Shown in pieces: positions 20,146 through 29,799 of a DNA stretch of 64,000 bases. The stretch is from Tissierellia bacterium (GTDB lineage: Bacteria > Bacillota > Clostridia > Tissierellales > Tissierellaceae): positions 2,327 to 66,326 of the forward strand of contig JAAYHU010000029.1 of the NCBI GenBank assembly GCA_012735245.1. The letters are read 5' to 3'. The first letter of the stretch is position 1. Each line of letters opens with the position of its first letter. Both the position numbers and the translations under genes were made by a program. The notes under the pieces were generated by a model that was not told the origin of the DNA, did not search any database, and saw only the letters and a program-made list of their open reading frames with translations.

Positions 20146-21381
20146 ATGAATTTCACCTATTTAGCAAAGCATGATCCTGAGGTCATGGGTTTGATTGAAA
20201 AGGAATTAGAAAGGCAGCAGGAGCATATTGAGCTAATTGCCTCAGAAAACTTCGTTAGTCAACAGGTTCTTGAAGCAGCTGGGAGCTATTTAACCAATAA
20301 ATACGCAGAGGGATATCCTGGTAGAAGGTATTATGGCGGATGTGAATTTGTAGACAAGGTTGAAGATTTAGCTCGGGATAGACTGAAAAAGATATTTGGT
20401 GCAGAACATGCAAATGTTCAGCCTCATTCTGGCTCAAATGCAAATCTAGGAGTATATTTTGCTGTGCTAAAACCTGGTGATAAGGTATTAGGCATGAATC
20501 TATCACAAGGCGGCCACTTGACCCATGGCAGTCCAGTTAATATTTCAGGAACTTATTATAACTTTATAGCATACGGAGTAGATAAAGAAACAGAAATGAT
20601 AGACTATGACCAGGTAAGGGAAATTGCAATAAAAGAAAAACCCAAAATGATAATTGCCGGAGCAAGTGCTTATCCAAGAACAATTGACTTTAAAAAGTTT
20701 AGAGAAATAGCAGATGAAATTGGGGCTTATTTAATGGTTGATATGGCTCACATAGCAGGATTAGTTGCAGCAGGCTTACATCCTAATCCAGTACCTTATG
20801 CTGATTTTGTTACAACTACAACTCATAAAACCCTCAGGGGACCTCGAGGAGGGGCAATACTCTGTAAGGAACAATATGCAAAGGCCATAGACAAAGCTAT
20901 CTTCCCTGGAATTCAAGGTGGTCCACTAATGCATATAATAGCTGCCAAGGCAGTTGCCTTTGGAGAGGCCCTAAAGGATGATTTTAAGGTTTATCAAGAG
21001 CAGATTATAAAGAATGCCAAAGCCTTAGCTGATGGCCTAATTAAAAATGGATTTAGACTAGTTTCTGGTGGTACAGACAATCATTTAATACTCATAGATC
21101 TTAGAAATAAGGGTTTAACTGGAAAAGAAGCAGAGAAGCTTTTAGAAGAAGTAGGCGTAGCAACAAATAAGAACACTATTCCCTATGATCCAGAGTCTCC
21201 CCTTGTTACAAGCGGAATTAGGATAGGGACTCCTGCTATGACTACTCGTGGTATGAAGGAAGAAGATATGTTTGAAATTGCGGAAATTATTGCTCTTGCC
21301 TTAGATGTAAAAAATGATAGGAAGGCAATAAAAGATCGGGTTATTTCACTTTGCAAGAAATATCCATTATATAGAAACTAA
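20146..21381 (+). CDS. glyA: Serine hydroxymethyltransferase
   Basis: ..[33 protein letters not shown] (PLP lysine). Confidence 0.95.
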   Translation: MNFTYLAKHDPEVMGLIEKELERQQEHIELIASENFVSQQVLEAAGSYLTNKYAEGYPGRRYYGGCEFVDKVEDLARDRLKKIFGAEHANVQPHSGSNANLGVYFAVLKPGDKVLGMNLSQGGHLTHGSPVNISGTYYNFIAYGVDKETEMIDYDQVREIAIKEKPKMIIAGASAYPRTIDFKKFREIADEIGAYLMVDMAHIAGLVAAGLHPNPVPYADFVTTTTHKTLRGPRGGAILCKEQYAKAIDKAIFPGIQGGPLMHIIAAKAVAFGEALKDDFKVYQEQIIKNAKALADGLIKNGFRLVSGGTDNHLILIDLRNKGLTGKEAEKLLEEVGVATNKNTIPYDPESPLVTSGIRIGTPAMTTRGMKEEDMFEIAEIIALALDVKNDRKAIKDRVISLCKKYPLYRN

Positions 21382-21410
21382 GCCTACAGTACATCCTGTA
21401 GGCTTATCTT
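21380..21410 (+). terminator. Intrinsic terminator after glyA
   Basis: aagcctacag / ctgtaggctt stem with a T-rich tail. Confidence 0.6.
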
Positions 21411-21467
21411 TACATATCTGTCATATTGTATTAGAATAAACTTATGTTAAATTTTTGAGGTGTTAAT

Positions 21468-22796
21468 ATGGAATTAAGAAATTATACAGAAGACAAAAAT
21501 ATTATAGAAGAAATAATAAAAGATAGTATAGCAGATGAACTTGGAATAGAAGTTGGAGATATATTATTAGCCATTAATAATAACCAAGTTAAGGATATTA
21601 TCGATTATAAGTATTTGATTTCAGATGAATATATTGAAGTGGCCATTGAAAAGAAAAATGGTGAAATTTGGCATTATGAAATTGAAAAGGATTATGATGA
21701 AGATTTAGGCTTAGTCTTTACAAATCCTTTAATAGATAGGGCAAAATCATGCAGAAACAAATGTATTTTCTGCTTTATTGACCAGCTGCCTCCTAATATG
21801 AGAAAAACCTTATATTTTAAAGACGACGATTCTAGACTTTCCTTTTTACAGGGGAACTTCATTACACTAACCAATATGAATGATGATGAAATTCAAAGGA
21901 TCATAGATTATAAACTGACCCCTATAAATGTTAGTGTTCACACTACAAATCCAGAATTAAGAATTAAAATGCTTAATAATAAAAATGCTGGTAGGATATA
22001 TGATATATTAAAAAGATTTAGCAAGGCAAACTTGGAAATAAACTGTCAAATTGTCCTAGTTCCTGGAATAAACGATGGAAGAGAGCTAGAAAGAACCTTA
22101 GATGATCTATCCAAGCTTCATCCATCTATAAAGAGCGTTGCAGTAGTACCTGTAGGTATAACAAAGTATAGAGAAAAATTAGAAAAAATTCAACCCTATT
22201 CCATTAAAACAGCCAATGATTTATTGGACTTAGTTTTTCATAACCAGGAGAAATTTATGAAGAATTTAGGTACTAGGTTTGTATTTGCCTCAGATGAATT
22301 TTTTGCTCTAACAAATAATCCTTTGCCCAGATACGAAGAATATGAAGGTTTTCCCCAATTGGAAAATGGGGTAGGGCTTATGAGATTATTTGAAGATGAA
22401 GTAGTTAAGGAACTAAGCAAAATTAAAACCCCAATAAATAAGAATAATAAATTGGTAATAGCCACTGGGACCTTAGCTTATAATTTCATGTGTAAAATAG
22501 TAGAGTTAATAAGCAATAAATTTGATGGATTAGACATAAAAGTGGTACCAATTGTTAACAAGTTTTTCGGTGAGACAATTACTGTAGCAGGCTTAATTAC
22601 AGGTAGGGATTTGGTGGAACAATTAATGGAATACAGGAATTATGATAAAATAATAATACCTAGTTCCATGTTAAAAAGAGATGAAGAAATCTTCTTAGAT
22701 GATTTAACCCTTGAAGATGTATCTAAGTCTTTAAATATGGAAGTGATACCTTCTAAGGTTGAGGGTAAAAGTATAATAGATATAATTAAGGAATAG
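21468..22796 (+). CDS. PDZ plus radical-SAM-like DUF512 protein
   Basis: PDZ-like N-terminus ([13 protein letters not shown]), CRNKCIFCF (CX3CX2C), long DUF512-type C-terminus. Confidence 0.7.
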   Translation: MELRNYTEDKNIIEEIIKDSIADELGIEVGDILLAINNNQVKDIIDYKYLISDEYIEVAIEKKNGEIWHYEIEKDYDEDLGLVFTNPLIDRAKSCRNKCIFCFIDQLPPNMRKTLYFKDDDSRLSFLQGNFITLTNMNDDEIQRIIDYKLTPINVSVHTTNPELRIKMLNNKNAGRIYDILKRFSKANLEINCQIVLVPGINDGRELERTLDDLSKLHPSIKSVAVVPVGITKYREKLEKIQPYSIKTANDLLDLVFHNQEKFMKNLGTRFVFASDEFFALTNNPLPRYEEYEGFPQLENGVGLMRLFEDEVVKELSKIKTPINKNNKLVIATGTLAYNFMCKIVELISNKFDGLDIKVVPIVNKFFGETITVAGLITGRDLVEQLMEYRNYDKIIIPSSMLKRDEEIFLDDLTLEDVSKSLNMEVIPSKVEGKSIIDIIKE

Positions 22797-22807
22797 GTGA
22801 TGATCGT

Positions 22808-24130
22808 ATGAACAGAGCTGTTGTATGTATAGTTGGCAGACCTAATGTAGGCAAATCTACTTTATTTAATAGAATCGTGGGAAAAAGAATAGCAATTACA
22901 GAAGATACTCCAGGGGTGACTAGGGATAGAATTTATGCTGAAGGGGAATGGTTGGGTAAATACTTTACAGTAATCGATACTGGTGGATTAGAACCTGACA
23001 GTGAAGAAATTATTATGACAAATATTAGAAGGCAAGTGGAAATTGCCATTGACACCGCAGATGTAATTTTATTTGTAGTAGATGGCTTACAGGGTTTAAA
23101 CCCTACAGACAAAGAAATTGGAAACATCTTAAGAAGATCTGGAAAGAAAGTAGTATTGGCCTGTAATAAAATCGACACCCCTAAGACTCCACAGGAAATA
23201 TATGAATTTTATGAATTAGGCCTGGGAGAGCCTATAGCAGTTTCAGCAGAACAGGGCTTGGGCATTGGTGATCTATTAGATGAAATAGTAAAGAATTTTC
23301 CCGATGATATAGATACAGATTATGATGATGATATAATTAAGGTTTCATTTATTGGGAAACCCAATGTGGGAAAATCATCCTTGATAAATAAGATCTTAGG
23401 GGAGGATAGGGTAATTGTAACTGACATACCAGGTACAACTAGGGATGCAATAGATACTTATTTTAACTATTAGGATGATAGATATGTATTTATAGACACT
23501 GCTGGTCTTAGGAGAAAGAGAAGTATTTATGAGAATATAGAAAGGTATTCAGTTGTAAGGACCCTAGCTGCCATAGATAGATCTGATATATGTGTTCTAG
23601 TTATAGATGCTACTGAAGGAGTGACAGAGCAGGATTCAAAAATAGCTGGCTATGCCCATGACAGTGGAAAGGGAATAATAATAGCTGTAAATAAATGGGA
23701 TTTAATAAAAAAGGATACTAATACCTATTTGGAGTTTGAAAGGGATATAAGGAGAGTCTTAGGCTTTATTAACTATGCGCCCATTATTTTTATATCAGCC
23801 TTAACTGGTCAAAGGGTAAGGAGGCTGTTGGAACTTATAAATATTGTAAACAACAACTATAGCTTGAGAATAAGTACTGGGGTATTAAATGATATAATAA
23901 ATGAAGCAGTTCTAATGAATCAGCCTCCAAGTGATAAAGGTAGAAGATTGAAGATATATTATGGCACCCAAGTTTCTGTTAGACCTCCTAAATTTGTTAT
24001 CTTCGTAAATGATAGAGATTTGATGCATTTTTCTTATGAACGATATCTAGAAAATCAAATAAGAAATCATTTCGGATTTTCAGGGGTACCTATTTTATTT
24101 GAGTTTAAGCAAAGGGAGAGTAAAATATGA
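22808..24130 (+). pseudogene. der: Ribosome-biogenesis GTPase Der (EngA), interrupted by a single in-frame TAG at 23471-23473
   Basis: ORFs 22808-23473 and 23621-24130 share one frame. The gap translates without stops ([25 protein letters not shown]). GD1 G1 is [11 protein letters not shown]2 G1 (GKPNVGKSS) lies upstream of the TAG; GD2 DTAG and NKWD plus the KH-like domain lie downstream. Confidence 0.85.
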
Positions 24131-24726
24131 AAGTAGTCATAACCATATTACTGTCATATCTCTTAGGGTGTTTTTCTTCAGCCTATGTCTTAGGCAAGCT
24201 TACAAAAAACATAGATATAAGGGAATATGGAAGTGGCAATGCAGGAGCTACTAATGCCCTTAGGGTCTTGGGGAAGAAATTAGGAGCCTTGACTTTTCTC
24301 CTAGATATTTTAAAGGGAATACTTGCAGTAGTTATTGGAAAATATTTACTTGGACTTGATGGAGGATTATTAGCAAGTATTTTTGTAGTATTAGGTCATA
24401 ATTTCCCTGTATTTCTTAATTTTAAAGGTGGCAAGGGTGTTGCCACTTCTTTAGGAGTTTTAATGATATTAAATTGGAAAATAGGCCTAGTCTGTTTAAT
24501 AGTTGGAGTTACAGTAATAATCCTTACTAGGTATGTATCCTTAGGCTCAATCTTAGCCTCCATAACTGGCCCCATAGCTACTATAATATTATTAGATAAT
24601 GTTGATAAAAATTTTTATTATACTATTTGGTTTTTAGGACTTTTATCTATAATTAGACATAAATCGAACATTCAGAGACTTTTAAGAGGTGAAGAAAATA
24701 GATTGGGGAAAAATATAGGAAGGTGA
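24127..24726 (+). CDS. plsY: Glycerol-3-phosphate acyltransferase PlsY
   Basis: ..[26 protein letters not shown]... The ATG overlaps the der stop (ATGA). Confidence 0.9.
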   Translation: MKVVITILLSYLLGCFSSAYVLGKLTKNIDIREYGSGNAGATNALRVLGKKLGALTFLLDILKGILAVVIGKYLLGLDGGLLASIFVVLGHNFPVFLNFKGGKGVATSLGVLMILNWKIGLVCLIVGVTVIILTRYVSLGSILASITGPIATIILLDNVDKNFYYTIWFLGLLSIIRHKSNIQRLLRGEENRLGKNIGR

Positions 24727-24731
24727 AAAAT

Positions 24732-25760
24732 ATGACTGAACGGATTGGAGTATTAGGAGGAGGAAGTTGGGGTACTGCCTTGGGAATCTTACTGACTAAC
24801 AAGGGTTATGATGTGACCATGTGGTTAAGGGACAAAGCTCAGGCTGAAGAAATAAATAAAACTAGAATCAATAAAAAATATCTTCCAGAAGTAGTTTTGC
24901 CACAAAATATGGAAGTAACCAATGATTTGGAGTATTGTATTTCCAACAAAAACGCTTTAGTTTTAGCTACCAGCACCCATGGAATTAGGGAAGTACTGAC
25001 AAAGGCCAGACCCTATATAAAATCAAGGCAGATAATAATTAATGTGTCCAAGGGCATAGAAAGTGAAACCTTACTTAGAATTTCTCAAATTGTAGAAGAG
25101 TTTCTACCTGAAAATACTTATGTGGTCCTATCCGGCCCTTCCCATGCTGAGGAAGTGGCTAAAAATATGCCTACAACTGTAGTATCTGCTTCAAGGGATA
25201 AGTCAGCTGCAGAATATGTCCAAGAACTCTTTTTCACACCTAGTTTTAGGGTATATACTAATCCGGATGTAGTAGGGGTAGAATTAGGCGGGGCTCTAAA
25301 AAATATTATAGCCTTGGGAGCTGGCATATCTGATGGACTAAATTATGGCGATAATACAAAGGCAGCTTTAATGACAAGGGGTATCATAGAAATGGCAAGG
25401 CTAGGTGAAAGGATGGGGGCAAATATTAACACCTTCTCTGGCCTTTCAGGTATAGGTGATTTAATAGTCACTTGCACTAGTATGCATAGCAGAAATAGAA
25501 GGGCTGGAATTCTAATAGGACAAGGTATGAAAGTAGATGACGCCATTAAGCAAATTGGAATGGTTGTTGAAGGCATAAAGACAACAAAATCAGCATATAA
25601 TTTGGCTAAAAAATATAACATAGAAATGCCTATTACCTCTGAAATATATGGGGTCTTATATGAAGGTAAAGATGTAAGAAATTCTGTTTTAAACTTAATG
25701 GTTAGAGACAAGAAAAATGAATTGGAAGATATAATTAAATATAAAAATGATTCTTGGTAA
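24732..25760 (+). CDS. gpsA: NAD(P)H-dependent glycerol-3-phosphate dehydrogenase
   Basis: GVLGGGSWGTALG, ..NVSKGIE.., ..LKNIIALGAGISDGL... Confidence 0.95.
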   Translation: MTERIGVLGGGSWGTALGILLTNKGYDVTMWLRDKAQAEEINKTRINKKYLPEVVLPQNMEVTNDLEYCISNKNALVLATSTHGIREVLTKARPYIKSRQIIINVSKGIESETLLRISQIVEEFLPENTYVVLSGPSHAEEVAKNMPTTVVSASRDKSAAEYVQELFFTPSFRVYTNPDVVGVELGGALKNIIALGAGISDGLNYGDNTKAALMTRGIIEMARLGERMGANINTFSGLSGIGDLIVTCTSMHSRNRRAGILIGQGMKVDDAIKQIGMVVEGIKTTKSAYNLAKKYNIEMPITSEIYGVLYEGKDVRNSVLNLMVRDKKNELEDIIKYKNDSW

Positions 25761-25786
25761 CCTGCTAAAAATAGCAGGTTTTTTTT
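25760..25786 (+). terminator. Intrinsic terminator after gpsA
   Basis: acctgct / agcaggt stem followed by T8. Confidence 0.75.
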
Positions 25787-25872
25787 ATGAGCTTGTAATA
25801 ATTTAATTCCTAAGACGTATATATATAATGTTAAGTATTGTAATCAAATATACTCATAAGGGGGGAAATGAT

Positions 25873-27351
25873 GTGGAGGTATTTGATATATACAAGGATA
25901 TTGCAGAGAGAACAGATGGGGATATATATGCAGGAGTGGTAGGGCCAGTTAGAACAGGTAAATCCACATTTATAAAAAGGTTTATGGAACTAATGGTATT
26001 ACCTAATATTGAAAACAAGCACAAGAGGGAAAGGGCTAAAGATGAATTACCCTTAAGTGGGGCTGGAAAAACAATAATGACAACGGAACCAAAGTTTGTC
26101 CCTAATGAGGCAGTAGAACTAACCTTAGGTGAAAATGTTAAGTTTAAAGTAAGAATGGTAGATTGTGTAGGCTACCTAGTAAGCGGCGCCTTAGGTCATG
26201 AAGAAAACTTTGCTCCTAGAATGGTAACAACTCCTTGGTACGACGAAGAAATTCCTTTTGAAGAAGCAGCTGAAATCGGTACTAGAAAAGTTATTCAGGA
26301 CCACTCAACCATAGGTCTAGTAGTAACAACAGATGGTTCTATTACAGATATAGACAGGTCAAATTATATAAAGGCAGAAGAAAGAGTAATATCTGAATTA
26401 AAGGAACTAGGAAAACCATTCATTATTATCCTTAACTCTAAACATCCTAATTTAGATAGTACTATTGCCTTAAGGGAAAGCCTACAGAGCAAATATGGAG
26501 TTTCAGTTATAGCCCTAGATTGTTTAAATATGGAAGTTAAAGATATTGAAAAGGTATTTGAGAAGCTATTATATGAATTCCCAGTTAAAGAAGTTACTAT
26601 CAATTTACCAAAATGGATTGAAGGTCTACCAAAGAAACATTGGATTAAAGTAAATATATTAAATGTATTTAAAGAGTCTATTGAAGGACTGCAAAAATTA
26701 AATGAGGTAACTGAATTTTTAAGTCCCCTAAAGGAACTGGATATGGTAAAAAATGTTAATATAGTCGAAATAAAGCTAGGAGAAGGGGTAGTACATTCAG
26801 AAATAGTAGTTGATGAAGGGTTATTCTATAGTGTACTTAAAGATATGACGGGATATTCTATAGATGGAGATTATCAGTTGCTAGGACTAATTTCAAAACT
26901 AGCAGAAACTAAAAGGAAATATGATAAAATTGAGAAAGCTTTAATTGAAGCCAAAGAGATTGGCTATGGATTAGTTAGTCCAAGTCTAGAGGAATTAGAA
27001 TTGGCTGAACCAGAAATATATCGACAAGGCAATAGGTTTGGGGTTAAGCTAAAAGCCAAGGCGCCATCCCTTCACGTATTAAGGGCTGACATAGCTACTG
27101 AGGTATCTCCATTAATAGGCACAGAAAAGCAATCTGAAGAATTAATTCAATACCTATTATCGGAATTTGAAGGAGAGCCATCAAAGATTTGGCAGTCTAA
27201 TCTATTTGGCAAATCCTTATACGATTTAGTAAATGAACAATTGCAAGGAAAACTAAGTACCATGCCAGAGGATGCAAGGCAAAAATTGAGAAGGGCCTTA
27301 GAAAAGATTATAAATGATGGCAGTGGCGGATTAATTTTCATTATAATATGA
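25873..27351 (+). CDS. spoIVA: Stage IV sporulation protein A (spore coat morphogenetic ATPase)
   Basis: (V)EVFDIYKDIAERTDGDIYAGVVGPVRTGKSTFIKRFME matches the SpoIVA N-terminus. GTG at 25873 after AAGGGGGG. Confidence 0.95.
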   Translation: MEVFDIYKDIAERTDGDIYAGVVGPVRTGKSTFIKRFMELMVLPNIENKHKRERAKDELPLSGAGKTIMTTEPKFVPNEAVELTLGENVKFKVRMVDCVGYLVSGALGHEENFAPRMVTTPWYDEEIPFEEAAEIGTRKVIQDHSTIGLVVTTDGSITDIDRSNYIKAEERVISELKELGKPFIIILNSKHPNLDSTIALRESLQSKYGVSVIALDCLNMEVKDIEKVFEKLLYEFPVKEVTINLPKWIEGLPKKHWIKVNILNVFKESIEGLQKLNEVTEFLSPLKELDMVKNVNIVEIKLGEGVVHSEIVVDEGLFYSVLKDMTGYSIDGDYQLLGLISKLAETKRKYDKIEKALIEAKEIGYGLVSPSLEELELAEPEIYRQGNRFGVKLKAKAPSLHVLRADIATEVSPLIGTEKQSEELIQYLLSEFEGEPSKIWQSNLFGKSLYDLVNEQLQGKLSTMPEDARQKLRRALEKIINDGSGGLIFIII

Positions 27352-27376
27352 AAAGGTAGGGTTATACTCTACCTTT
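27350..27376. terminator. Bidirectional terminator between convergent spoIVA and the ftsH-like gene
   Basis: aaaaggtag / ctacctttt stem flanked by A- and T-runs. Confidence 0.7.
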
Positions 27377-27403
27377 TCAAATCCTTTTAACCTATTTTAA
27401 AGG

Positions 27404-29073
27404 TTAATCTTCCTCTTTTTTTGCTAGGTTTTCTCTTTTAATTATATCAGGTATTAGTTTGTCTGGTATCAATTGTGAGATTCCTCTTTTTTTCTTTTCT
27501 TGGCCTTCACCATTTTTCTCAGTAAAATCAGGAATTTTTATGTTATTTTTTTCTTTTTTATTCGAAGTATATTTAAGAATTAAAGCATCCACTTCTTCTT
27601 CATCCAAGGTTTCCTTTTTCATCAATAAGTCTGCCATTTCTTTTAATAAGTCATAGTTTTCCTCTAAAAAGTCTATGGTTTCCTGATATAATTTATTAGA
27701 AATTTCCTTAGCCTCTTTTAAGATATATTCATGGTTTAAGCCAGTTACTTTTTCCAAGTTTAATAGTCCAAACCTGTCACTCATGCCATAACTACCCAAC
27801 ATGGCCATTATTATATTAGTTGCCTTATCAATATCATTGGAAGTACCTGTTGTTACTTTATTTTCGTCTCTTAATAATATATATTCAGCAGCCCTACCAC
27901 CATAGCTTACTTTCACCATATTCTCTAAATCTTCTTTAGAATAATAACTACCCTCTTTTGGTTCCATAAAGGTAATTCCACCAGCACCGCTAGTTGATGG
28001 TATTATGGTAACTTTGTTTACTTTTTGCTTTGCTACAAGTTTAGATACTATGGCATGGCCTGCTTCATGCCAAGCTGTCAATTCCGTATCATCCTGTGAC
28101 CGCTTAAAGGTTTTTTCTTATCACCCTTTGTAAGTATCCTGTAGAGTGCATCATCTATTTCTTCCATAGTTGTTTTGTCTTTATCTCTAAAGGCTGTTAA
28201 CATTGCAGCTTCATTTAATAAGTTTGCTAAGTCAGCACCAGTAAATCCTCTTGTTATTGATGCAATTCTTTCTAGGCTTACTCCTTTATCTAATCTTTTA
28301 TTTTTGGCATATAATTTTAAAATATCTAATCTACCCTGGTAATCTGGTGGATTTACTGCGATATGCTTGTCAAAACGGCCAGGCCGCAACAAGGCATCAT
28401 CTAAAATATCAAGCCTGTTAGTAGATGCTATGACCATAATGCCACTGGAATCTTTAAATCCATCCATTTCTATTAGTAGGGCATTTAAGGTATTGATTCT
28501 TTCATCATTATCACTATCTCCGCCTCTCTTTTTACCAATGGCATCTATCTCATCTATATAGATAATGGCTTTTTCATGTTTTTTAGCTTCTGCAAATATT
28601 TCTCTTACCCTTTTAGCACCTACACCAACATATTTTTCAATAAAGTCACTGCCTGCTGTAGCTATGAATGGTATACCTACTTCATTGGCCATAGCCTTAG
28701 CAATCATTGTCTTGCCCGTACCAGGAGGTCCAAATAATAAGACCCCTTTAGGCATCCTAGCCCCTAATTTTTCATATTTTTTTGGGTTCCTCAAAAACTT
28801 TATTAAGAATTCCAGGTCTTCTTTTATTTCATCATGTCCTTTTACATCACTTAATTTAACTAAATCAGCTTTTTCTTTTAATTCTTCATCTTTGTTTTGG
28901 GAAGTATATGTTGTTTTACTTGAGCTAGATGGTGTTGTATTGGGATTGATTATTATGGGTTTAATAATTTTTAAATATATTGCAGAAGATAACAAGACTG
29001 TTAATGCTGTTGAGATGAAGTCATAGGTGGGTTTCCTAAGATAAAGTTTTTCAGCATTATTAATGGTTTCCAA
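27404..29073 (-). pseudogene. FtsH-like AAA+ ATPase / M41 zinc metalloprotease, split by a -1 frame change at an A6 run (plus-strand T6 at 28111-28116)
   Basis: ORF 28078-29073 carries Walker A GPPGTGKT, Walker B IIYIDEIDA and SRH TNRLDILDDALLRPGRFD. ORF 27404-28081 carries HEAGHAIV and GGRAAE..TTGTSNDIDKAT. The frames overlap only across GAAAAAAC. Confidence 0.8.
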
Positions 29074-29100
29074 TATAACTTCGTTAGTGATTTTGTTTTC

Positions 29101-29424
29101 TTACATTAATTTTGATATGTTTCCCAATGCTACTTTGCCACTACCGGCCATTCCATATTTAATTTTAGCTTCTTCTTTTAAGGTACCTGTAAAGACATCC
29201 TTTTCTATATCATATTCTAGGTCAACAACTTCTTTTTCTATGACAAAGGTTCTGGAGTCGTCTAAAGAGACGAAGTTTAAATTAGAATTTCTTTTTAATG
29301 TTTCCAGTCTATTTTCCCCATTGACATTTGCATATATAGCTCTTAATCCGCTAATTAAAATAAGTATGGCTCCAATAATCAACACTACTTTTGAATCTTT
29401 TTGTAATTTACCAAACCATTTCAT
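29101..29424 (-). CDS. 107-aa membrane-anchored protein, possibly the detached N-terminal TM1 plus extracytoplasmic domain of the downstream FtsH-like gene
   Basis: ATG with an AGGAGGA RBS, one TM (VVLIIGAILILISGL). Same reading frame as ORF 28078-29073, separated from it by a single TAA (29101-29103) and 9 sense codons. Confidence 0.6.
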   Translation of the reverse strand: MKWFGKLQKDSKVVLIIGAILILISGLRAIYANVNGENRLETLKRNSNLNFVSLDDSRTFVIEKEVVDLEYDIEKDVFTGTLKEEAKIKYGMAGSGKVALGNISKLM

Positions 29425-29491
29425 TTTTATCCTCCTATTATATTCTGGTTCAATGAGTATATATTTATCTGAAATAACAAATAAATTTCAT

Positions 29492-29529
29492 ATACCATTT
29501 AAGCCTTTAATATATACCCAATATACCCA
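29492..29529. repeat. Three copies of ATATACC(C)A, two of them in perfect tandem, upstream of the ftsH-like locus
   Basis: atatacca at 29492-29499; atataccca at 29512-29520 and 29521-29529. Confidence 0.6.
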
Positions 29530-29655
29530 AAAATTACTAGAAACAATAAGTAGAAAAATAAAATTTAATGTAAGTACTGCTAAGTCTAATTGTATAAGAC
29601 CAATCCTTGAGCATGGCCATAAGTAAAAAGTTTTCACAAGAGACCAGGAAATACT

Positions 29656-29684
29656 CTTGCTAAAATGACGGGATTTTGATATAA
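29656..29684 (+). promoter_or_regulatory. Near-consensus extended -10 sigma-A promoter upstream of tRNA-Pro
   Basis: TTGCTA at 29656-29661, 17-nt spacer ending in TGa, TATAAT at 29679-29684. Confidence 0.55.
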
Positions 29685-29799
29685 TTAAAAAGGATTGTGA
29701 CAAATCTTATTTTCATTATTAGTTTTGGTATATATAAATTACCTGACAAAGGCTTGTATATAAGCAATTATTAAGATTACAAGAATTACAATTTAATAT

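Noticed and set aside
23471-23473. Pyrrolysine or genome-wide amber reassignment as the explanation for the der TAG.
   Set aside because: TAG is used as the terminator of several intact genes in the window (tgt, yajC, recJ, dtd, csoR-like, pyrR). No pyl genes or methylamine methyltransferases are visible, and no obvious structured element follows the codon. It cannot be fully excluded without the whole genome, so it is kept only as a check under the der finding.
25787-25872. Sigma-E-type promoter for spoIVA in ..gtaataatttaattcctaagacgtatatatat..
   Set aside because: The resemblance to my remembered consensus (ATA-rich -35 / CATACA-T -10) is too loose in AT-rich DNA to report as a feature.
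29488-29703. 71-aa minus-strand ORF in the ftsH-like/tRNA intergenic region.
   Set aside because: It has no Shine-Dalgarno sequence and odd composition. It overlaps the plus-strand tRNA promoter and the direct repeats, so it is more plausibly non-coding regulatory DNA.
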